From Escherichia coli (lineage in GTDB: Bacteria > Pseudomonadota > Gammaproteobacteria > Enterobacterales > Enterobacteriaceae): a DNA stretch of 64,000 nt. The notes under the pieces were generated by a model. That model had not been told where the DNA came from. It made no database searches and saw only the letters and a list, made by a program, of their open reading frames with translations. Positions 43,118 to 52,905 of this stretch are shown one piece after another. Position 1 is the first letter of the stretch. Each line of letters starts with the position of its first letter. The translations under genes and the position numbers were made by a program. The stretch lies in the NCBI RefSeq assembly GCF_044324785.1, contig NZ_CP172127.1. The stretch is one strand, 5' to 3'.

Positions 43118-44053
43118 ATGTCGCAAAATCAAGAAATTAGTAAGAAAGAACAATACAACCTGAACAAATTACAAAAACGTCTGCGTCGTAACGTGGGCGA
43201 AGCCATTGCTGACTTCAATATGATTGAAGAAGGCGATCGCATCATGGTTTGCCTCTCCGGGGGTAAAGACAGCTATACCATGCTGGAGATTCTGCGCAAT
43301 TTGCAGCAAAGCGCGCCAATCAATTTTTCGCTGGTGGCTGTTAACCTCGATCAAAAGCAACCGGGCTTCCCGGAACACGTTCTGCCCGAGTATCTTGAAA
43401 AGCTGGGCGTTGAGTACAAGATTGTTGAAGAGAACACTTACGGTATCGTGAAAGAGAAAATTCCAGAGGGCAAAACCACTTGCTCACTGTGTTCTCGCCT
43501 GCGTCGCGGTATCCTTTATCGTACCGCAACGGAACTAGGGGCGACGAAGATCGCACTGGGTCACCATCGTGACGATATCCTGCAAACGCTGTTCTTAAAT
43601 ATGTTCTACGGTGGCAAGATGAAAGGTATGCCTCCGAAACTGATGAGCGATGATGGCAAACATATCGTGATTCGTCCGCTGGCCTACTGCCGCGAGAAAG
43701 ATATTCAGCGCTTTGCCGATGCAAAAGCGTTCCCGATTATTCCGTGCAACCTGTGCGGTTCACAGCCTAACCTGCAACGTCAGGTAATTGCTGACATGTT
43801 GCGTGACTGGGATAAACGTTATCCGGGGCGTATCGAGACGATGTTCAGCGCAATGCAGAATGTGGTGCCGTCGCATCTGTGCGATACCAACCTGTTCGAT
43901 TTCAAAGGCATTACCCACGGTTCTGAAGTGGTTAACGGGGGTGATCTGGCGTTTGATCGCGAAGAGATCCCACTACAACCGGCGGGCTGGCAGCCAGAAG
44001 AAGATGAAAATCAGTTGGATGAGTTACGACTGAATGTGGTTGAAGTGAAATAA
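43118..44053 (+). CDS. ttcA: tRNA-cytidine(32) 2-sulfurtransferase
   Basis: 311-aa ORF with PP-loop SGGKDS and CxxC motifs; N-terminus [19 protein letters not shown]. Confidence 0.9.
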   Translation: MSQNQEISKKEQYNLNKLQKRLRRNVGEAIADFNMIEEGDRIMVCLSGGKDSYTMLEILRNLQQSAPINFSLVAVNLDQKQPGFPEHVLPEYLEKLGVEYKIVEENTYGIVKEKIPEGKTTCSLCSRLRRGILYRTATELGATKIALGHHRDDILQTLFLNMFYGGKMKGMPPKLMSDDGKHIVIRPLAYCREKDIQRFADAKAFPIIPCNLCGSQPNLQRQVIADMLRDWDKRYPGRIETMFSAMQNVVPSHLCDTNLFDFKGITHGSEVVNGGDLAFDREEIPLQPAGWQPEEDENQLDELRLNVVEVK

Positions 44054-44060
44054 CCAGGAT

Positions 44061-44135
44061 AGCGCCCGATGCGCAAGCGTATCGGGCTACTCTTATGGAG
44101 GCCGGATAAGACGCGGCCAGCGTCGCGTCCGGCAA
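44061..44135. repeat. REP/BIME-type extragenic palindromes
   Basis: GCCCGATGCGCAAGCGTATCGGGC and GCCGGATAAGACGCGGCCAGCGTCGCGTCCGGC palindromes between convergent ttcA and dbpA. Confidence 0.65.
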
Positions 44136-44181
44136 TCCCGGAGAAGATGTTTACTCTTGCACCCTGCGATTCAACATTTCA

Positions 44182-45555
44182 TTATTTTAATAACCGCACC
44201 CGGCACGTTTTTCCTTTAATCTTCCCGCCCTGCAACTGTTTCCATGCTTTATGAGCAACAGCCTGACGCACCGCGACATAGACATGCGCCGGATGCACGG
44301 CGATTTTGCCAATATCTGCGCCATCAAGCCCGATATCTCCTGTCAGCGCACCTAATACATCACCCGGGCGCATTTTGGCTTTTTTCCCGCCATCGATACA
44401 TAACGTTGCCATTTCGGCTTCCAGCGGCACAATGGAACTATTAACTGGCGGCGTTTGCCAGTTAAGTTTTATCTGCAACATGTCAGAAATGATATTGGCC
44501 CGCTGTGCTTCTTCCGGGGCACAGAAACTGATCGCCAGACCGCTATTTCCTGCACGCGCTGTGCGACCGATGCGATGTACATGAACTTCAGGATCCCACG
44601 CCAGCTCAAAGTTCACCACCAGCTCAAGCGATTTAATATCCAGACCTCGCGCAGCAACATCAGTCGCAACCAGTACACGGGCGCTACCGTTAGCAAAACG
44701 TACCAGGGTCTGATCGCGATCGCGTTGCTCCAGATCGCCGTGTAACGACAATGCACTTTGCCCTACTTCATTCAGCGCGTCGCAGACAGCCTGGCAATCT
44801 TTTTTGGTATTGCAAAACACCACACAAGAGGATGGCTGATGCAAGCTTAATAACCGTTGCAACAGAGGAATTTTGCCTTTACTGGATGTCTCATAAAATT
44901 GTTGTTCAATGGGTGGCAAAGCATCTGTTGAGTCAATTTCAATCGCCAAAGGATCGCGTTGCACTCGTCCGCTGATTGCGGCGATGGCTTCCGGCCAGGT
45001 TGCCGAAAACAGAAGCGTCTGTCGAGATGCAGGCGCAAAACGGATGACATCATCAATGGCATCGCTAAATCCCATATCCAGCATGCGGTCGGCCTCATCC
45101 ATCACCAAAGTATTCAGCGCATCCAGTGATACCGTGCCTTTTTGCAAGTGATCCAGCAAACGACCCGGCGTTGCCACGATAATATGCGGCGCATGTTGCA
45201 ACGAATCACGCTGCAAACCGAACGGTTGACCACCGCACAACGTCAAAATTTTGGTATTTGGCAGAAAACGCGCCAACCGACGCAATTCACCTGCCACCTG
45301 ATCCGCCAGTTCACGCGTAGGACACAGCACTAAAGCCTGGGTTTGAAATAGCGACGCATCAATTTGCTGTAACAAGCCGAGGCCAAAAGCCGCCGTTTTG
45401 CCGCTGCCGGTTTTCGCCTGCACGCGAACATCTTTTCCGGCAAGGATCGCCGGAAGCGCGGCGGCCTGCACCGGCGTCATGGTTAAATAACCCAACTCAT
45501 TAAGGTTCGTGAGTTGGGCGGGAGGCAAAACATTCAGGGTAGAAAAAGCGGTCAC
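44182..45555 (-). CDS. dbpA: ATP-dependent 23S rRNA-specific DEAD-box helicase
   Basis: 457-aa ORF with Walker A (AKTGSGKTAAF), DEAD box (VMDEAD), SAT and HRIGRTAR motifs; GTG start. Confidence 0.9.
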   Translation of the reverse strand: MTAFSTLNVLPPAQLTNLNELGYLTMTPVQAAALPAILAGKDVRVQAKTGSGKTAAFGLGLLQQIDASLFQTQALVLCPTRELADQVAGELRRLARFLPNTKILTLCGGQPFGLQRDSLQHAPHIIVATPGRLLDHLQKGTVSLDALNTLVMDEADRMLDMGFSDAIDDVIRFAPASRQTLLFSATWPEAIAAISGRVQRDPLAIEIDSTDALPPIEQQFYETSSKGKIPLLQRLLSLHQPSSCVVFCNTKKDCQAVCDALNEVGQSALSLHGDLEQRDRDQTLVRFANGSARVLVATDVAARGLDIKSLELVVNFELAWDPEVHVHRIGRTARAGNSGLAISFCAPEEAQRANIISDMLQIKLNWQTPPVNSSIVPLEAEMATLCIDGGKKAKMRPGDVLGALTGDIGLDGADIGKIAVHPAHVYVAVRQAVAHKAWKQLQGGKIKGKTCRVRLLK

Positions 45556-45584
45556 AATCTATTCTCGTGGTCATCGACGCAAAG

Positions 45585-45758
45585 TTAGCAGGCGCGTATC
45601 CTCGCAGATCTACGCTCACGATGCGACAATTTAATCGGTTCTTCATCGGGTGGTGGGTCAGGCATGGGTTGCGGGCGAGGGATTGGATCGGGCACAGGAA
45701 CAGGATCGCCAGGAATCGGTTCAGGGACAGGAATTTGCAAATAAATAAGTGTCGTCAT
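45585..45758 (-). CDS. hypothetical proline-rich small protein (57 aa)
   Basis: ATG preceded by GGAGGG SD at 5-nt spacing; product MTTLIYLQIPVPEPIPGDPVPVPDPIPRPQPMPDPPPDEEPIKLSHRERRSARIRAC; stop 29 nt before dbpA start; below the track cutoff. Confidence 0.45.
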   Translation of the reverse strand: MTTLIYLQIPVPEPIPGDPVPVPDPIPRPQPMPDPPPDEEPIKLSHRERRSARIRAC

Positions 45759-45815
45759 ATTTCCCTCCGGTCATTGGGTGGACTCTTAAAGGGTAGACGC
45801 TGATAAATAACAGGC

Positions 45816-45937
45816 AAAAAAAAGCCGACTCATCAAAGTCGGCGTCGTACGAATCAATTGTGCTATGCAGTAATTCAAAAAAGGAAGTAAGACAATATGG
45901 AGCGCAACGCCCATCGCTTGACGTTGCATTCACCTGC
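45816..45937 (-). ncRNA. fnrS: FNR-activated small RNA FnrS
   Basis: Minus strand reads GCAGGTGAATGCAACGTCAAGCGATGGGCGTTGCGCTCCATATTGTCTTACTTCC...GAGTCGGCTTTTTTTT, matching FnrS; zntB/dbpA spacer as in K-12. Confidence 0.85.
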
Positions 45938-45972
45938 AAGGGAGATATTGCCCTGAATGGGTAGAGAGTTTA

Positions 45973-45986
45973 TTGACTTCGCTCAA
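45973..45986. promoter_or_regulatory. FNR binding site of the fnrS promoter
   Basis: TTGAC-TTCG-CTCAA (consensus TTGAT-N4-ATCAA) centred about 42 bp upstream of the inferred FnrS 5' end, i.e. class II spacing. Confidence 0.7.
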
Positions 45987-46032
45987 ACTTTGCGGCGTTT
46001 TTGTATACAGACAGCCGGAAAAATTGCTTTTG

Positions 46033-47037
<1,005 letters not shown>

Positions 47038-47270
47038 TTATTTTGTAGTCTAGCCTTCTGGCCCTGTTACGCAACATCTCATCACCCCATTACCCTGAAA
47101 TGATTAATAAAATTCTGTCTAAATTGAATACAAAAAGCAAAATGCTTTTCCATATACAAACCGTGTGAAGTGTTAAATAGCGTCTATCATTATCAGAATT
47201 ATCTGATCATATGACGTGGCTTTTTTGCGATCGGATAGCAACAAAAATTGATAAAAATAATGGGATCTCA

Positions 47271-48503
47271 ATGATTACGCACAACTTCAATACCCTGGAC
47301 TTACTCACCAGTCCTGTCTGGATCGTTTCGCCCTTTGAGGAACAGTTAATTTATGCCAATAGCGCGGCGCGACTGTTGATGCAAGACCTCACGTTTAGTC
47401 AGCTACGAACCGGTCCCTATTCCGTCTCCTCACAAAAAGAACTGCCAAAATACCTCTCCGATCTGCAAAACCAACACGATATTATCGAAATCCTCACCGT
47501 TCAGCGCAATGAAGAGGAAACAGCATTGAGCTGTCGGCTTGTTTTGCGAAAGCTGACAGAAGCAGAACCGGTGATTATTTTCGAAGGTATCGAAGCACCG
47601 GCAACGCTGGGTTTAAAAGCCAGTCGCTCGGCAAATTATCAGCGCAAAAAACAAGGTTTTTATGCGCGCTTTTTTCTGACTAACTCTGCACCAATGTTGT
47701 TGATTGACCCGTCACGAGATGGACAAATCGTCGATGCTAACCTCGCCGCGCTCAATTTCTATGGTTATAACCATGAAACGATGTGCCAGAAACATACCTG
47801 GGAAATAAATATGCTCGGGCGTCGCGTCATGCCTATCATGCATGAAATCTCGCATTTACCCGGTGGTCATAAGCCTTTGAATTTTATTCATAGGCTGGCG
47901 GATGGTTCGACTCGTCATGTGCAGACCTATGCCGGTCCGATTGAAATTTATGGCGACAAGCTCATGTTATGTATTGTGCATGATATTACTGAGCAAAAAC
48001 GGCTGGAGGAGCAGCTGGAACATGCTGCCCACCATGACGCGATGACAGGATTACTGAATCGGCGACAGTTTTATCACATTACCGAGCCAGGCCAAATGCA
48101 GCACCTCGCCATCGCCCAGGATTACAGCTTGTTGCTCATCGACACCGATCGTTTTAAACACATTAACGATCTCTATGGGCATTCTAAAGGTGATGAGGTG
48201 TTATGCGCCCTCGCCCGCACTCTCGAAAGTTGCGCTCGCAAAGGCGATTTGGTGTTTCGTTGGGGAGGCGAAGAGTTTGTCTTATTGCTACCAAGAACCC
48301 CACTGGATACCGCGCTTTCGCTGGCTGAAACTATCCGCGTAAGCGTGACAAAAGTGAGTATTTCGGGCTTACCACGCTTTACCGTCAGCATTGGTGTGGC
48401 GCATCACGAAGGAAATGAAAGCATCGATGAACTGTTTAAACGCGTTGATGATGCTTTGTATCGGGCGAAAAATGATGGACGCAACCGCGTGCTGGCGGCA
48501 TAA
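47271..48503 (+). CDS. dgcM: diguanylate cyclase DgcM (PAS-GGDEF)
   Basis: 410 aa from MITHNFNTLDLL; GGEEF active-site motif (RWGGEEFVLLL); track ORF has a 20-codon extension. Confidence 0.85.
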   Translation: MITHNFNTLDLLTSPVWIVSPFEEQLIYANSAARLLMQDLTFSQLRTGPYSVSSQKELPKYLSDLQNQHDIIEILTVQRNEEETALSCRLVLRKLTEAEPVIIFEGIEAPATLGLKASRSANYQRKKQGFYARFFLTNSAPMLLIDPSRDGQIVDANLAALNFYGYNHETMCQKHTWEINMLGRRVMPIMHEISHLPGGHKPLNFIHRLADGSTRHVQTYAGPIEIYGDKLMLCIVHDITEQKRLEEQLEHAAHHDAMTGLLNRRQFYHITEPGQMQHLAIAQDYSLLLIDTDRFKHINDLYGHSKGDEVLCALARTLESCARKGDLVFRWGGEEFVLLLPRTPLDTALSLAETIRVSVTKVSISGLPRFTVSIGVAHHEGNESIDELFKRVDDALYRAKNDGRNRVLAA

Positions 48504-48523
48504 GCCGCGGATGCGTCTCGAGA

Positions 48524-49087
48524 TCAACGACTGCGCTTAGCGTGGCGCTCCCAGTTTTCTTGCTTCGCCTGCGCCGTTTTACGTAGTGCGACGTAACACG
48601 CCCCGCTGCCGCCATGATGCGGTAGCGCGGTGCAATATGCCTGAACATCATCAAATTCGGTCAGCCAGCGCGCCACATAGCTGCGGACAATATTGGCATG
48701 CGATTTATCATCCCGCCCTTTACCATGAATAATCAGCACGTTACGCAAACCATCCGCCAGGGCTTGTTGAATAAAACTGAACACCATTTTGCGGCACTCT
48801 TCCACCGGCTGGCGCAAAAGATTCAGGCTCGCCTGTTGCGGATATTTACCACTGCGCAGCTTATCCAGCACCCCATGTTGCAACCCTTCCCGCCGAAACT
48901 CCAGCGGCTGACTTAGTGGGATGATGTCGAGAAATCCGGTGGTGAGGAAATTATCAAGCTGCAGCGTGTCGATACGCTGCGGCGCACGTTGGTTACGCGT
49001 TGGATGCCAGTGGACATCGGTAGCACGTTTCAGCGGCTGGACATCTTCCATGGCGTCAAGAAACAGCGATTTGTCGTCAAGGTTCAT
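48524..49087 (-). CDS. smrA: Smr-domain endonuclease SmrA (YdaL)
   Basis: 187-aa ORF with Smr domain (LIIHGKGRDD); next to dgcM as in K-12. Confidence 0.85.
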   Translation of the reverse strand: MNLDDKSLFLDAMEDVQPLKRATDVHWHPTRNQRAPQRIDTLQLDNFLTTGFLDIIPLSQPLEFRREGLQHGVLDKLRSGKYPQQASLNLLRQPVEECRKMVFSFIQQALADGLRNVLIIHGKGRDDKSHANIVRSYVARWLTEFDDVQAYCTALPHHGGSGACYVALRKTAQAKQENWERHAKRSR

Positions 49088-49281
49088 GTAACCTCCTATG
49101 CACCTTCACACGTCGTGATTCAGACGGGTTAATTGTTCATACTTACTGCATCGTTCCCTTCACAGATTGAAACAATACTCTACTTCATACCTGTGAGTAT
49201 CTGCGCAGGCGGGGCATTTTATACTAGCCTGTTAGCAGTATCGAACAGTTTAGCCCGAGTTTAATTCAGCACAGGCTCCGA

Positions 49282-50796
49282 TCAGGATGATTTATTCATA
49301 GCAGGAACCAACAAAAATGCGATAAATAACAGACCACTGATTAGCAGAAAGGTATCCGAAAATGCCATAGTTTGCGCCTCCCTCAGCATCAATTGACTTA
49401 ATAATTTGGTTGAAGCCAGTATTTCCGATGTCTGGTCACTTCCACTGCGATTAAAAAACAAAGCACTTCTGGAAATGAAGTCATTCACCGTATGGGGAAC
49501 AGAAACCATTTTTTCACCCATTCTCGAAAAATGAAAATTAGTTCGATTATTGAGAATAGAGCCACACAGGGCAATACCAATCGCGCCCCCAAGATTACGT
49601 GTTAAATTAAATACACCAGAGGCTAACTTCAGCCGTTCTTTTGGAATTCCCCCCAGCGTTAATGTTACGATGGGGGCCATCGCAAACTGCTGCGAAATCC
49701 CTCTAATTGCCTGTGGAAACAGTAACTCCTGCCATCCCCATTCGTGGGTTATCGGGGTAAAAAGATACATTGAAAACACAAATCCACCCAGCCCCGCCAT
49801 CAACAGCCATCGCAGATTTATTTTTTTACTTAACCAGAAGTAAAAGGGAACAGAAAATAACTGGAAAATACCTGTTGTGCAAACGGCAAAACCTATCTCT
49901 TCGGCATTTAATCCGCGAACCTGCCCCAAAAACACAGGTATTAAATATACAGTAGAGAATATCCCAACCCCTCCAGAAAAAGAAAAAAAACATCCCAGCG
50001 TGAAATTTTTATCCTTAAAAGCATGAAGATCCATTATCGGATTGGATATTGTAAGTGTACGCACAGCAAATAAAATAAAACTCACCAATGCCAGAACTGA
50101 TGTCAGCAAAATAGTATTATCATCCAGCCATCCCCAGCGCGCTCCTTCTTCAACGGTATATTCCAGACATCCCAGTGTCATGGCCAACAGGATAATACTC
50201 GGATAATCAGCAACTTTCAGTAAAGAGAGATCAGGTTTATCAAAATTAACCAGAAAAGGAATACTCAAAACTAAATATATGCCAGGTAATATATTGATAT
50301 AAAATAGCCATCGCCAGTCGAGATTATCAGTGATCCAGCCCCCCAGAGTTGGCCCTAGCGTCGGTGACAGTGAGGCCAGCGCACTGACTACCGCAGCAGC
50401 CAACCCCAGCTCTTTACCCTGGTAATAAATAAACGCCGTCGTGAAAACTAAAGGGATCATGGATGCGCCAGCCGCTCCCTGTAAAGCACGAAACAAAATC
50501 ATGATCTGAATATTCCATGCAAGTCCACACGCGATACTCATTAAAGTAAATATTCCCGCGGATAGAGTAAAAAGCCAACGAGTGGAAAATACCCGTGACA
50601 GCCACCCAGAGAGCGGAATAACAATAATCTCAGCAATTAAATAGCTGGTCTGAAGCCAGGCCATTTCGTCTTTACCTGCGGACAGACCACCACCTATTTC
50701 ATTTAGGGATGACGATACAATTTGAATATCAAGCTGAGCAATAAATAATCCCATACACATACTGGCGAAAGCAATATGTTTACGCATAGACATCAT
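49282..50796 (-). CDS. MFS transporter, DHA2 (EmrB/QacA-like, 14-TMS) family
   Basis: 504-aa hydrophobic ORF; start overlaps the upstream MFP gene stop (ATGA); visibly AT-rich; not part of the K-12 gene order I recall. Confidence 0.75.
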   Translation of the reverse strand: MMSMRKHIAFASMCMGLFIAQLDIQIVSSSLNEIGGGLSAGKDEMAWLQTSYLIAEIIVIPLSGWLSRVFSTRWLFTLSAGIFTLMSIACGLAWNIQIMILFRALQGAAGASMIPLVFTTAFIYYQGKELGLAAAVVSALASLSPTLGPTLGGWITDNLDWRWLFYINILPGIYLVLSIPFLVNFDKPDLSLLKVADYPSIILLAMTLGCLEYTVEEGARWGWLDDNTILLTSVLALVSFILFAVRTLTISNPIMDLHAFKDKNFTLGCFFSFSGGVGIFSTVYLIPVFLGQVRGLNAEEIGFAVCTTGIFQLFSVPFYFWLSKKINLRWLLMAGLGGFVFSMYLFTPITHEWGWQELLFPQAIRGISQQFAMAPIVTLTLGGIPKERLKLASGVFNLTRNLGGAIGIALCGSILNNRTNFHFSRMGEKMVSVPHTVNDFISRSALFFNRSGSDQTSEILASTKLLSQLMLREAQTMAFSDTFLLISGLLFIAFLLVPAMNKSS

Positions 50797-51824
50797 CTCT
50801 CATCAACACTGACGGTGACGGACAGTCCCGGGCGAAGAAGTTGCTTTAATTCCTTTGCGTCGTCAAATGCAATCCGTACCGGGACACGCTGAACAATTTT
50901 GGTGAAATTGCCAGTGGCATTTTCTATCGGAATCAAGCTGAAACTGGCTCCTGTCGCTGGGGAAAGGCTTTCAATGTGACCGTGAAACACTTCCCCTTTG
51001 AGAATATCAGCACGGATCTCAGCCTTCATTCCTGGCTTCATTCCCGCTATTTGGTTTTCTTTATAATTTGCATCAACCCACAACTCACTGACTGGTACTA
51101 GTGAAACTAACGATGTGCCGCCTTCCACCCAACTGCCTGTATGGGCGCTGCGGTTTGCGACAATGCCATCAATCGGCGCACGAACAAGGGTATATTCCAG
51201 ATCCAGTAGTGCCTGAGTCAAAGCGGCCTGAACTTCTTCGATACTTGCACGTACGTTTTCTTCCTGAGCAGATAAAACTGCCAGCCGTTGCTTCTCCACC
51301 ATGAAATCGTTCGCGGCTTTGCGCTCCTTTGCTGCGACCTGCTGGTAGTCAAACCTGGCGTTATCAATAATTTGTTGCGATATTGCCGCTGATTGTGCGA
51401 GTTTTTCATAACGTTCAGTATCTCGCAGGCGCTTTTGCTCCTCATGTTTTACTGCCTGCCATGTTTCACTGGCACTTTGAATTATCGACTGCTGCATCGC
51501 AATAGTGGCTTGAATGCTTTCGAGATTGGCTTTGCTACTTTTTATTTTTGCCTCAAGCCTGGCGACATTTGCACGATAATCCCGATCATCGAGACGCAGG
51601 ATAATATCGCCTTTTTTTACGCTCTGATTATCGCGCACCTCTATAGCAGAAATATAACCAGAAACTTTACTTGCCACCGTGGTGATATTACCACCAATGT
51701 AAGCATCATCCGTCGTCTGTATAAATCTTCCTTTGCTTACCCACCAGATAAAAAAGACAACGCCAGCCAAAATAATACCGATCGCTACCACCCCAATAAG
51801 CTGTTTTTTAGAAATTATCATCAC
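50793..51824 (-). CDS. HlyD/EmrA-family membrane fusion protein
   Basis: 343-aa ORF with N-terminal TM anchor, coiled-coil region and C-terminal beta-barrel-like region. Confidence 0.75.
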   Translation of the reverse strand: MMIISKKQLIGVVAIGIILAGVVFFIWWVSKGRFIQTTDDAYIGGNITTVASKVSGYISAIEVRDNQSVKKGDIILRLDDRDYRANVARLEAKIKSSKANLESIQATIAMQQSIIQSASETWQAVKHEEQKRLRDTERYEKLAQSAAISQQIIDNARFDYQQVAAKERKAANDFMVEKQRLAVLSAQEENVRASIEEVQAALTQALLDLEYTLVRAPIDGIVANRSAHTGSWVEGGTSLVSLVPVSELWVDANYKENQIAGMKPGMKAEIRADILKGEVFHGHIESLSPATGASFSLIPIENATGNFTKIVQRVPVRIAFDDAKELKQLLRPGLSVTVSVDER

Positions 51825-51917
51825 TCTTTACACCGTATATATCCGGAAACTTGCATTCGTCATATTTAAAATTTAACATGGCTTATTTGATGATTTCTGA
51901 CAAAATACCTACTGTAA

Positions 51918-52733
51918 ATGACAATCACACTGCAACCCAAAGCATCACCAGGGCATCACATTATCGGACTGGATTCGGAACATCTGAATGGAGGCACAGT
52001 TCCCTGGCATAAACATCTCTATGCCCAGTTGCTTTACCCGGCTGAAGGAGTCGTTCGTGTATGGGCTGGAGAAAGCGTCTGGCTAGTCCATGCCAGCAGC
52101 GCGCTTTGGCTGCCCCCACAAATGCCGCATAAGTTTGTTGCGACAGGCAACGTACTTTTAAAAACCGTACTGGTTTCAGAAGCGGAAAGTGAAACGCTGG
52201 GAAAAGTTTGCTTCATGACGGGTATTTCACCCCTGTTAAGAGAATTACTAATTGCAATTAACCAACTTCCACCGTCGCAAAGTACCACAGATAAACAACA
52301 GTTACGTTTTTCAGCCCTCGAGACACTGATACTTCAGGAAATAAAAATGGGGGTGAAAATGTCACTTGAACTCCCTTGGCCAAATGATGAGCGGCTACAG
52401 CAGCTTTGTGAGAATTTGCTAAACAACCAAGGGTATCTACCAACACTGGATAATCTAGCGGATAAAATTAACGTCAGTAGCCGTACACTCATGCGCTTAT
52501 TTGTTAAAGAGACGGGATTAACATTTCGCCACTGGGTTCAGCAAATGCACGTTATTTCTGCAGTGACGCTTCTTGATGATGGATATTCGTTGACCAAAAT
52601 TGCCCATCGTCTGGGCTATGCCTCAGCTGAATCGTTCGGCAATATGTTTAAGCGTCGAACGGGCTACTCGCCCGGTAAATTTACTCGTCGATTAACGATG
52701 CATGATTATGCAATCACAAGACAAATGATTTAA
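51918..52733 (+). CDS. AraC/XylS-family transcriptional regulator (cupin + HTH)
   Basis: 271-aa ORF; C-terminal AraC-type HTH (SRTLMRLFVKETGLTFRHWV...IAHRLGYASAESFGNMFKRRTGYSPGKF); divergent from the MFP-MFS pair, 93-bp shared promoter region. Confidence 0.75.
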   Translation: MTITLQPKASPGHHIIGLDSEHLNGGTVPWHKHLYAQLLYPAEGVVRVWAGESVWLVHASSALWLPPQMPHKFVATGNVLLKTVLVSEAESETLGKVCFMTGISPLLRELLIAINQLPPSQSTTDKQQLRFSALETLILQEIKMGVKMSLELPWPNDERLQQLCENLLNNQGYLPTLDNLADKINVSSRTLMRLFVKETGLTFRHWVQQMHVISAVTLLDDGYSLTKIAHRLGYASAESFGNMFKRRTGYSPGKFTRRLTMHDYAITRQMI

Positions 52734-52803
52734 CTTATATTTTCGTGAAATCTGTCACTGAAGAAAATTGGCAACGGATGGGTAAAACCGTTATAACACT
52801 GTC

Positions 52804-52898
52804 ACCGGTCACCAGGACCCCAGGCCGGATTTAAGACGAGGATGCACTGCTGTGTGTACTGTAGAGTCTGGCGGATGTCGACAGACTCTATTTTTTTA
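52804..52898 (+). ncRNA. mcaS: small RNA McaS (IsrA)
   Basis: ACCGGTCACCAGGACCCCAGGCCGGATTTAAGACGAGGATGCACTGCTGTGTGTACTGTAGAGTCTGGCGGATGTCGACAGACTCTATTTTTTT matches McaS as I recall it; terminator hairpin plus U-tract; convergent with abgR. Confidence 0.8.
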
Positions 52899-52905
52899 TG
52901 CAGTT

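Noticed and set aside
44061-44135. Possible small RNA or terminator downstream of ttcA
   Set aside because: The GC-rich imperfect palindromes have the REP/BIME pattern and no adjacent U-tract, so they are annotated as a repeat element
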